Of a DNA stretch of 32,000 bases, positions 1-7,422 are shown in pieces. Below the pieces are notes generated by a model that did not search any database, was not told the DNA's origin, and saw nothing but the letters and a program-made list of their open reading frames with translations. Each line of letters opens with the position of its first letter. Position 1 is the first letter of the stretch. Origin of the DNA: Tannockella kyphosi (GTDB taxonomy: Bacteria > Bacillota_I > Bacilli_A > Erysipelotrichales > Coprobacillaceae). The DNA is taken from positions 180,001 to 212,000 of the forward strand of contig NZ_CP088239.1 in NCBI RefSeq assembly GCF_021054785.1, given 5' to 3'. A program made the translations under genes and the position numbers.

Positions 1-702
1 TTACATCAAACAGTACGTTATTTAGTAAAAGAAGGGGATCGTATAGAAGTTATTTTTCCTAAAGAACAACATACGATGTCTTTCTATCCAATGGATTTAA
101 CAATATGTTATGAAGATGATCATTATCTTATTATTTATAAACCAACTAATTTACCTTGTATTCCTACTAAAAGATATCCTCATCATACACTAGCAAATGC
201 ATTAGTATCTTATTATCATCAAAATAATATTCAAGCTACTGCTCATTTTGTAAATCGTTTAGATAAGGATACGCAGGGATTATTACTAGTTAGTAAAACA
301 AGACAAGGACATGCTCTTTTATCAAAAGATATTAAACAAGTAAAAAGAGTCTATTATTGTATGGTAGAAGGTATTCTAGAAGGTACAGGTATCATTGATA
401 CAAAGATTATAAAAAAAGAAGACAGTTATCAAAGAATAGTTTCTAGTCATGGCAAACAAGCTATTACACACTATCAAGTAATAAAACAATATAAAGATAA
501 AACATTAGTAGAATGTGTTCTAGAAACAGGAAGAACACATCAAATAAGGGTCCATATGGCACATATTGGACATCCATTATGTTTTGATACAATATATGGA
601 GCAAGCCAAGAAGGAACCTATTATTTAGAGAGTATTTATATACAATTTATCCATCCTTTTACAAATCAAGTTGTTTGTATAGATAATCGAAAAGTAATAT
701 AA
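1..702 (+). CDS. RluA-family 23S rRNA/tRNA pseudouridine synthase (RluD-like), 5' end outside window
   Basis: Frame 1 is open from base 1 and is in frame with the ORF-track ATG at 76. The upstream residues (LHQTVRYLVKEGDRIEVIFPK) look like the end of an S4 module, so the gene probably starts before the window. Family motifs present: NRLDKDTQGLLLV (catalytic Asp loop) and ETGRTHQIRVH. Confidence 0.85.
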   Translation, partial: LHQTVRYLVKEGDRIEVIFPKEQHTMSFYPMDLTICYEDDHYLIIYKPTNLPCIPTKRYPHHTLANALVSYYHQNNIQATAHFVNRLDKDTQGLLLVSKTRQGHALLSKDIKQVKRVYYCMVEGILEGTGIIDTKIIKKEDSYQRIVSSHGKQAITHYQVIKQYKDKTLVECVLETGRTHQIRVHMAHIGHPLCFDTIYGASQEGTYYLESIYIQFIHPFTNQVVCIDNRKVI

Positions 703-725
703 ATTATTATTTTTAATCCTTATAT

Positions 726-754
726 TTGAGAAGAAAAATAAAATATGATAAAAT
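726..754 (+). promoter_or_regulatory. sigma-A type promoter for the first CAP-domain gene
   Basis: TTGAGA (726-731), 17-nt spacer, TAAAAT (749-754), preceded by TGa (extended -10). Confidence 0.5.
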
Positions 755-790
755 TATAAAAACGGGAAAATAATGGAAGTAGGAGAGGTT

Positions 791-2299
791 ATGGGGAAAA
801 AGAAAAAAAGTATCTTAATAGTAATATTGGTTGTACTAGTGGCAGCAGGAGCTTGTGCTGGCTATGTGTACTGGAAAACACCAACATTACATGCATTAGA
901 AGACACAGTGTATGTAGAATATGGACAAGAGGTTTCTATTGAATTAGAAGATTATATAGACTTGGCTTATGTAAGTGATGCAACTTACCAAGACATGAAA
1001 GAAAATTGTGTTATTTCACATAACTTTAGTGATATTACAAATCCAACAACTGGTGTATATGCATTATACTTTGCGTATGACAGTGAATTGTTACATATTA
1101 ATATTGTAGTTAGTGATACTACTGCACCAACATTTGATGATGTGCTAGCGTATGTCGAAATATTTGGGAAAGTAGATATTGAAGAAGATATCTTAGCAAA
1201 CTTCTCATGTACAGACCAAAGTCAAGTATCTCTTTCATTAGATGATAGTGAAGTAGACTACTCACAAATTGGGGAACAAACAGCATCTATTATTGCAACA
1301 GATAGTGCAGGGAATCATGCTAGTTATGAAATTACATTAAATATAACCAAAGAGATAACTTCTATTACCTATGAAAGTGAAGCTATGTATGTAGGTGATA
1401 CGTTCACTTTTTCACCTACTATAGGCCAAGATGTAACCTATCAATCAAGCGATCAAGATATAGTTGTGATTGATTCTAAAGGACTAGTGACAGCAGTTAC
1501 TTCTGGTAAAGCAACAGTTACTGTTTCTACAGGTGATATTACTGCAAAATGTGAAATAGAAGTAGTTTCTTCTTTGTCACCAGATGAGGCAGCATACGAT
1601 AGTACAAATAGCGATTTTGAAGAGGAAGAAGTAGAAGAGGAAGAAGAACAAGAAGTAGAAGAAGAACAAGAAGAGGAAAGCGAAGATAGCAGTGAGTCAT
1701 CAGATAGTTCATCAAGTAACTCAAGTTCATCTAGCAGTTCGAGTTCATCAAGCAGTTCAAGTTCATCAAGTAACTCTAGTTCATCAAATAGTTCAAGTTC
1801 ATCAAGTGATTCAAGTTCATCAAGTGATTCAAGTTCATCAAGCGACTCAAGTTCATCTAGCAGTTCGAGTTCATCAAGTGATTCAAGTTCATCAAGTGAC
1901 TCAAACTTAACAGATGGTACAGGGGCAGTTATTTCTTCAGACACACTAGCTTTAGTTAACGAAGAACGTGCAGCGCTTGGGTTGAGTGCATTAACATATA
2001 AAGCAGCTTTAGGTGAAGCAGCAAAAATTCGTGCCAAAGAAGCAAGCTCTACTTGGAGTCATACTCGTCCAGATGGGTCGAAAGCAAGTACGGTTTATCC
2101 AGCATCTTCTTCAGGGGGATATTTTGGAGAGTGTCTAGCAAGAGGGCAAACTAGTGCTTCACAAGTAGTAGTAAGTTGGTCTAATTCAGAAACGCATTGG
2201 GATGCGTTAATGAGTGATAAATATACTTATTGTGCAATTGCGTATTATATAGGTGCTGATGGATTATATTATTGGTCAGCCATTTTATCAAATTATTAA
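791..2299 (+). CDS. membrane-anchored surface protein: Ig-like (DUF5011-like) modules, Big_2 domain, Glu-rich/Ser-rich linker, C-terminal CAP/SCP (YkwD-like) domain
   Basis: The ORF track starts at 773, but GGAGAGG lies just upstream of the ATG at 791 (MGKKKKSILIVILVVLVAAGA is an N-terminal TM anchor). Ig-like signature: DTTAPTF...VDYSQIGEQTASIIATDSAGN. Big_2-like: VGDTFTFSPTIGQDVTYQSSDQDIVVIDSKGLVTAVTSGKATVTV. CAP-like C-terminus: LVNEERAALGLSALTY...AKIRAKE...SHTRPDG...GECLARGQTSASQVVVSWSNSETHWDALM. Confidence 0.8.
   Translation: MGKKKKSILIVILVVLVAAGACAGYVYWKTPTLHALEDTVYVEYGQEVSIELEDYIDLAYVSDATYQDMKENCVISHNFSDITNPTTGVYALYFAYDSELLHINIVVSDTTAPTFDDVLAYVEIFGKVDIEEDILANFSCTDQSQVSLSLDDSEVDYSQIGEQTASIIATDSAGNHASYEITLNITKEITSITYESEAMYVGDTFTFSPTIGQDVTYQSSDQDIVVIDSKGLVTAVTSGKATVTVSTGDITAKCEIEVVSSLSPDEAAYDSTNSDFEEEEVEEEEEQEVEEEQEEESEDSSESSDSSSSNSSSSSSSSSSSSSSSSSNSSSSNSSSSSSDSSSSSDSSSSSDSSSSSSSSSSSDSSSSSDSNLTDGTGAVISSDTLALVNEERAALGLSALTYKAALGEAAKIRAKEASSTWSHTRPDGSKASTVYPASSSGGYFGECLARGQTSASQVVVSWSNSETHWDALMSDKYTYCAIAYYIGADGLYYWSAILSNY
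1793..1900 (+). repeat. in-frame 18-nt tandem repeat (about 6 units, TCAAGTTCATCAAGTGAT = SSSSSD) inside the Ser-rich linker
   Basis: Units 1793-1810 and 1811-1828 are identical. Units 1829-1846 and 1883-1900 differ by 1-3 nt, and 1847-1882 is a degenerate double unit. A ~47-nt block at about 1706-1752 recurs at about 1831-1878. A GAA/GAG-rich acidic tract starts near 1613. Confidence 0.85.
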
Positions 2300-2304
2300 A
2301 ATAG

Positions 2305-2336
2305 AATAGGTAGATAGTATCTACCTATTTTCTTAT
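2305..2336 (+). terminator. rho-independent terminator after first CAP gene
   Basis: AATAGGTAGAT (2305-2315), loop AGT, ATCTACCTATT (2319-2329), followed by TTCTTAT. Confidence 0.7.
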
Positions 2337-2349
2337 GTGAGGACAAACA

Positions 2350-3549
2350 ATGAAAAATAGATTTTTAGTGATTATTATTTTTTTGTGTTTATTAGTAGCT
2401 ATTGGGACAATAGAATACTTTGTAACACCAGTAGTAGAAGCAAAAGAAGTTGTTTATGAATATGGTGATAGTGTTAGTTTAGATCCGATGAATTATCTAG
2501 ATTTAAGTGAGTTATCTGATGTTAAACAACAACAAATTATAAATAAAATAAAGATTATAGAATATAATTTTGATAATTTAGATTGTCCTAGTGTTGGAGA
2601 ATATTATTTGATTATTGATTATGATGGACAAAATATCGAGATTAAAGTAGAAGTAAAGGAAACAGAAGATTTTGAATTTATAGAATTTAAGGATTCATTA
2701 GAAGTGATAGAAGGTTGCTTTTCAAAACAAGAAGTGATAGAAAACTATGCTTGTGATAATGAAGTTCTATTTGATTTAGAAGATGATAATGTAGATTATC
2801 AAACAGCAGGTAGTTATCTAGCAAATATTGTTGCAACAAATGAACTAGGTAAAATTCTTAAAAAAGAAATAGAAATTGTTGTTATCAAACCTACCATTGA
2901 ATTAGATGTATCTAAAAAAAGCTTAGAAATAGGTGATAGTTTTTCCTTAGACCCAACAGTAACGGGAAATCAAGATATTATATATACCAGTAGTAACAGT
3001 ACAGTTGCTAGCGTTAGTTCATCAGGACAAGTTAAAGCATTAACAGCTGGTAGTGCTACTATTTATGTGGAAGCCAATGGTATTACTGAAGAATGTGCAA
3101 TAACAGTATCAAGTACTACAGCTTCTACGAATACAACAAACAACTCTAGTAGTTCTTCCTCTATAAGTGCAACTCCTTATGTTAGTAGTAGTGCTTTGGA
3201 ACTAATAAACCAAGAAAGGGTAAAACTAGGAATAACAGAGTTGACTTATAGTACAACAGCAAAGAATGTTTCTTTTGTAAGGATAAAAGAATTAGTTGAA
3301 AGCTTTTCTCATTTGCGTCCTAACGGGCAGTATGTAAGTAGTGCTTATAATGAATTAGGATATTCTATTGGTGCAACAGGAGAATGCATAGGCGTTGGTC
3401 AAACTTCAGCTAGCCAAATAGTGGCAAGATGGCAAGTATCTTCTAGTCATTGGGAAGCGTTGATGAATCCAAAATATCAATATGGAGTAGTGTCGTATTA
3501 TCAATACGACGGGAAAACATATTGGATAGCAGAATTATATGCAAATTAA
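2350..3549 (+). CDS. paralogous membrane-anchored Ig-like/Big_2/CAP-domain surface protein
   Basis: SD GTGAGGA upstream of the ATG. N-terminal TM helix (FLVIIIFLCLLVAIGTI). Big_2-like segment IGDSFSLDPTVTGNQDIIYTSSNSTVASVSSSGQVKALTAGSATIYV. Ser/Thr/Asn linker. The CAP-like C-terminus aligns with the upstream paralog (LINQERVKLGITELTY...SHLRPNG...GECIGVGQTSASQIVARWQVSSSHWEALM). Confidence 0.8.
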   Translation: MKNRFLVIIIFLCLLVAIGTIEYFVTPVVEAKEVVYEYGDSVSLDPMNYLDLSELSDVKQQQIINKIKIIEYNFDNLDCPSVGEYYLIIDYDGQNIEIKVEVKETEDFEFIEFKDSLEVIEGCFSKQEVIENYACDNEVLFDLEDDNVDYQTAGSYLANIVATNELGKILKKEIEIVVIKPTIELDVSKKSLEIGDSFSLDPTVTGNQDIIYTSSNSTVASVSSSGQVKALTAGSATIYVEANGITEECAITVSSTTASTNTTNNSSSSSSISATPYVSSSALELINQERVKLGITELTYSTTAKNVSFVRIKELVESFSHLRPNGQYVSSAYNELGYSIGATGECIGVGQTSASQIVARWQVSSSHWEALMNPKYQYGVVSYYQYDGKTYWIAELYAN

Positions 3550-3573
3550 AAGTCACTTTTATAAGTGACTTTT
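3549..3573. terminator. bidirectional terminator between convergent CAP gene and SEDS gene
   Basis: AAAGTCACTT (3549-3558), loop TTAT, AAGTGACTTT (3563-3572). The stem is flanked by A/T runs on both sides and lies directly between the two stop codons. Confidence 0.7.
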
Positions 3574-4768
3574 AATATCTCTTTTTACGATTTTGAATTC
3601 TAGTTTGTCTTTCAATATCAAACAACAAACCAATAGCTATCATATAGGAAATCAAAGAAGATCCACCATAGGATATAAAAGGCAATGTAATTCCGGTTAT
3701 TGGAACAATTCCTAAAACCATCCCAATATTCCATATTTGTTGGAATAACAACATCCCCATTAAACCAGCTATAAAATATTTATCCTCTTCATGATAAGAA
3801 CGTAATCCAATCACTATTACAACAACATCAAAAGCTACAATAGCAAAAATAGTAACAAAAGCACCTACTAAACCAAACCCTTGTGCAATTACTGCAAAAA
3901 TAAAGTCTGTTTGAGCTTCTGGAAAAGACATAATAGCACTTTGGAAACCATATCCCAATAATCCACTACCACCATAAGATAACAATGCATTAAACAACTG
4001 ATAGCCCTCATTTCCATACGTTCCTTCAGGATCTAACCAACCATATATACGACTAATCTTATGGTCTCCACCTAAAATGGAAACAAATAAATCATGATTA
4101 TAAATAAATAAATAAGTAGCGATACCTAATATACAAGCTATCAAAATAGCACCAAATAAAAACCACCTTGACTGCATTCCACTAGCAAACAACAAAAAGA
4201 TAACAGAAGCAAAAATAATTAATACAACCCCAGTATCATTCCCTAAATAAATTAATAAACAAGGAGGGAAAGAAACAAGCAATACTCGACCAAGTAGAAT
4301 AATATCAGTAGAAAAACAATGAGTATCATAACGATGATTATGTTCTTTTGTTACTTTTGCAAGCATTAATATAATCGCTATCTTCATAAATTCAGAAGGT
4401 TGAATATCAAAACCAGGAAATTCATACCAAGAAGTAGCTCCATTTGTATTTTTTGCAAAAGGAATGATTGAAATATCAAAGTAGTTAATAGCATAATGTT
4501 CCACAACTAATAAAGCTAATAGAACCATTAAAATACCATAAATAACATTAATAGAACTATAAATACGATCATTTTTATAATTATAGACAACTGTAATAAC
4601 AACAAAAGAAATCAAGTAAAAAACAGCTTGTTTTATCCAATACCCTTCAGGATTGTTATAATATATTAAAGGAGTTGCACTTGCAATAGCAATACAACTA
4701 ATTATCATTAAGGCAATAATAGCAAGAAACAATGGCTTACTAATTAAATTAAAGTGTGATTTGAACAT
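3572..4768 (-). CDS. SEDS-family peptidoglycan glycosyltransferase (RodA/FtsW/SpoVE family)
   Basis: Polytopic membrane protein. Family C-terminal signature GIVPITGITLPFISYGGSSLISYMIAIGLLFDI. The ORF-track start (TTG at 4783) is replaced by the ATG at 4768 (MFKSHF...), which follows GAAAGGAG with a 5-nt spacer. Confidence 0.85.
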   Translation of the reverse strand: MFKSHFNLISKPLFLAIIALMIISCIAIASATPLIYYNNPEGYWIKQAVFYLISFVVITVVYNYKNDRIYSSINVIYGILMVLLALLVVEHYAINYFDISIIPFAKNTNGATSWYEFPGFDIQPSEFMKIAIILMLAKVTKEHNHRYDTHCFSTDIILLGRVLLVSFPPCLLIYLGNDTGVVLIIFASVIFLLFASGMQSRWFLFGAILIACILGIATYLFIYNHDLFVSILGGDHKISRIYGWLDPEGTYGNEGYQLFNALLSYGGSGLLGYGFQSAIMSFPEAQTDFIFAVIAQGFGLVGAFVTIFAIVAFDVVVIVIGLRSYHEEDKYFIAGLMGMLLFQQIWNIGMVLGIVPITGITLPFISYGGSSLISYMIAIGLLFDIERQTRIQNRKKRY

Positions 4769-4805
4769 GATTGCTCCTTTCAAATAGGTGTAGTTTTTAA
4801 AGTTC

Positions 4806-4825
4806 AGTTATAGTATACTATAACT
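4806..4825. promoter_or_regulatory. 20-bp perfect palindrome in the divergent SEDS / EIIB-like intergenic region (candidate operator overlapping -10-like hexamers)
   Basis: AGTTATAGTATACTATAACT is its own reverse complement. It contains TATACT reading on both strands. Confidence 0.5.
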
Positions 4826-4859
4826 AGAAAAGAAATAAAGAAGTTTAGGAGGAAAATGA

Positions 4860-5216
4860 ATGGAATTTGAAATGATTTTAATAGCTATCGTATTCGTAAT
4901 AGCTTTGTTTATTGGTTTGAAAGTTTTTAAAAATGGAGTATCAAATAAAAAAACAACAGAAATATCTTTTCAAGATTTCAACTTTGATATGGATACTTTC
5001 TTAAATGCTTTAGGTTCATTAAATAATATTACTGGATGTGAGGCAACTAATTCAAAGGTGTCTATTATTTTAAAAGATGAAACAGATGTTGATATAGAAA
5101 AATTAAAAAGTGTAGGAGCTTCTGGAATTGTTTGTACAGGAAATAAAGTAATGATTATTTTAGGGCAAGTTTCTAAAACAGTTGCTACTTATATAAATGA
5201 GAGACTAAGCAGATAA
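4860..5216 (+). CDS. single-pass membrane protein with a degenerate PTS EIIB (glucose-family) domain
   Basis: AGGAGG lies 7 nt upstream of the ATG. N-terminal TM helix (ILIAIVFVIALFIGL) followed by basic residues. The segment LNALGSLNNITGCEATNSKVSIILKDETDVDIEKLKSVGASGIVCTGNKVMIILGQVSKTVATYI follows the EIIB pattern (ALGG..NI....HC.TRLR....D...VD...LK..G..GV...G...Q.I.G). The His and both Arg residues of the active-site motif are absent. Confidence 0.6.
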   Translation: MEFEMILIAIVFVIALFIGLKVFKNGVSNKKTTEISFQDFNFDMDTFLNALGSLNNITGCEATNSKVSIILKDETDVDIEKLKSVGASGIVCTGNKVMIILGQVSKTVATYINERLSR

Positions 5217-5230
5217 TCTGCTTAGTTTTT
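5205..5230 (+). terminator. rho-independent terminator with the EIIB-like stop codon as its loop
   Basis: CTAAGCAGA (5205-5213), loop TAA (the stop codon, 5214-5216), TCTGCTTAG (5217-5225), TTTTT (5226-5230). It ends 18 nt before the next start codon. Confidence 0.7.
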
Positions 5231-5247
5231 AGAAAGAGAGGTGTTCT

Positions 5248-7422
5248 ATGGATAGATATAATAGAGCAAAGGATTATGAACCTTTATTTGATCAATGGTA
5301 TATAGATGGATTAATAGAAACTGGTCATACACAATCTGTGTTTTCATTAAAGAATGGATATACAGATTCAATTATGTATCTTCGTATTGTTACTTTTCAT
5401 GATGATGATATTGAGTTTTTAGAAGATTCTGTAGAAAGAGTGTTATCATTGATTAATATGGATGGTGGTAAATTTTTTGGGCAAGATATTAGTGATTTTG
5501 AACAGTATATTATTGAAGTAGATGGTGCTGTAACAGGAATAGATGTATGTATGTTAATGGAAGAATATGATGAAACAGAGCAAGATATCACTTTAATAGA
5601 TGGTCATACGCTTCATGCAATGGGATTGCATTATGTAGAACAAAAAGAATTTCAACATGCAGTGGAGTGTTTTAGAGAAGGTAGAAATCAAGGTTATAGA
5701 GAATGTATTGGTGCATTGGGTGGTATGTACGATGAGGGGTATGGAATAGAACAAAATTATACAGAGGCAGCTAAGTTATATCTTGAAGCAAGTGAGATGG
5801 GAGATGTATTATCGACTTGTAATTTAGGGATTTTATATGAAGAAGGTCTAGGTGTAGAAAAGGATGAGTATCATGCATTTGAATTATACAAAAGAGTTGA
5901 GTTAGAAGGATTTCCAAAAACAAATTATCGATTAGGATATTGTTATGAACTTGGGATTGGAACACCTATTGATTTGAAACTAGCAGTAGAAAATTATAAA
6001 ATAGCTAGTGAAGGTGGTTATATAGATGCCTTCTACTTTTATGCAATGTGCTTAGAATATGGAGAAGGTGTTGAGAAAGATTATGTAAAAGCGGCTTTTT
6101 GGTATGGACAAGGTGTTGAGGTAAAAGATGAACGTTGTATGTATCGTTTAGGGGTTTTATATGAGCATGGATTTGGGTTTGATATGGACTATTTCCAGGC
6201 TGCTAATCTTTATCAAGCAAGTGCTGATTTAGGATATCTACCGGCAATTGCATCGTTGGCAAATTGTTATGAATTTGGTAACGGAGTAGAAATGGATAGT
6301 CAAAAGGCAAGAGAATTGTTTTTAATGGCAGCTAGATCTGGTTATGAAAGAGCACAGGTATTTTTAGGATTCTATTATGAGGAACATCTTGAAATACGAC
6401 ATGCTCTATTTCGTGCCAAGTATTGGTATAAACAAGCAGTCAAAAGTGGTGATCCTCAAGCAATGTGCGGTTTAGGTTTTTTGTATGAAATAGAATGGGG
6501 ACAACCAGAAAAAGCATTTGAATATTATATGCAAGCAGTAGAATTAGAGTATTCACCAGCAATATGCAATGTAGCTTATTGTTATGAAATAGGTGTAGGA
6601 GTAGAAGAAGATATTAATAAAGCTATTGAATATTATCAAAGAGCGTCAGCGCTTGGATTTCCTAGAGCAATGTGTAATCTTGCAAATATTTACTTAAAAA
6701 TAGGAACACCAGAAAACTTAGAATTATCTTTTGATTTAAATATGGAAGCTGCTAGAAGAGGTTATTCAAGTGGGTATTTTAATGTTGGAGCTGCTTATCA
6801 ATTTGGAAATCATGTAGAAAAAGACAATGAAAAAGCAAAAGAATATTATCGTTTAGCAGCAAACCAAGGTCATACAACAGCACTTTATAATTTAGCTAGT
6901 GTTTATGAAGAAGAAGAAAATAGTATCGAATCTTTAAAGATACTTTATGAATTACATGATGCTAAATATCCTGAGGCAGGATATCGTATTTTCTTTGCAT
7001 TGTATGAGTTAAAAGATGATAGATGTTGGGATTATTTGAAAGAATCAGCGAATTTAGGATATGTTCCATCTATTTATGAGATGGCAGATTATTATATAGA
7101 TAATGAAAATAAAGAAGAAGCACTAAGGTGTTTTGACACGGCAGCAAAAGCTGGTTATGAGGATGCAATAGCTAAATTAGGATGGTGTTATTTAGTTGGC
7201 TTTGAAGTAAAAACAGATAAAAGAAAAGCAGTAGAATTGTTAAAAGAAGCAGATACTGGGTATTCTAATTATTTGTTAGGGTGTATGTATTTATATGGTG
7301 ATGGACGTAAACAAAATAATCGTTTAGCTCAAAAGTATTTAGATAAAGCGGTTAATCAAGGATATGAGGATGCAGATGAAGAATTAATAGAATTATATAG
7401 GAGAAAGTTGGATGAACTTTAA
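5248..7422 (+). CDS. cytoplasmic Sel1-like repeat (SLR/TPR-like) protein, about 15-16 repeats, with an unrecognised ~120-aa N-terminal domain
   Basis: SD GAGAGGTG upstream. Repeated ~36-aa units of the type A.KLY..ASE.G...A..NLG.LYE.G.GVEKD...A. run from about aa 125 to the C-terminus. No signal peptide or TM helix. Confidence 0.85.
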   Translation: MDRYNRAKDYEPLFDQWYIDGLIETGHTQSVFSLKNGYTDSIMYLRIVTFHDDDIEFLEDSVERVLSLINMDGGKFFGQDISDFEQYIIEVDGAVTGIDVCMLMEEYDETEQDITLIDGHTLHAMGLHYVEQKEFQHAVECFREGRNQGYRECIGALGGMYDEGYGIEQNYTEAAKLYLEASEMGDVLSTCNLGILYEEGLGVEKDEYHAFELYKRVELEGFPKTNYRLGYCYELGIGTPIDLKLAVENYKIASEGGYIDAFYFYAMCLEYGEGVEKDYVKAAFWYGQGVEVKDERCMYRLGVLYEHGFGFDMDYFQAANLYQASADLGYLPAIASLANCYEFGNGVEMDSQKARELFLMAARSGYERAQVFLGFYYEEHLEIRHALFRAKYWYKQAVKSGDPQAMCGLGFLYEIEWGQPEKAFEYYMQAVELEYSPAICNVAYCYEIGVGVEEDINKAIEYYQRASALGFPRAMCNLANIYLKIGTPENLELSFDLNMEAARRGYSSGYFNVGAAYQFGNHVEKDNEKAKEYYRLAANQGHTTALYNLASVYEEEENSIESLKILYELHDAKYPEAGYRIFFALYELKDDRCWDYLKESANLGYVPSIYEMADYYIDNENKEEALRCFDTAAKAGYEDAIAKLGWCYLVGFEVKTDKRKAVELLKEADTGYSNYLLGCMYLYGDGRKQNNRLAQKYLDKAVNQGYEDADEELIELYRRKLDEL

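Noticed and set aside
1453-2037. Three extra ORFs over the Ser/Glu-rich tract (1453-2037 minus, 1539-1730 minus, 1692-1910 plus)
   Set aside because: These are frame and strand shadows of the repetitive GAA/TCA/AGT coding tract. Their products are low-complexity (LDELE or VHQV repeats). They have no SD and lie fully inside a well-supported gene.
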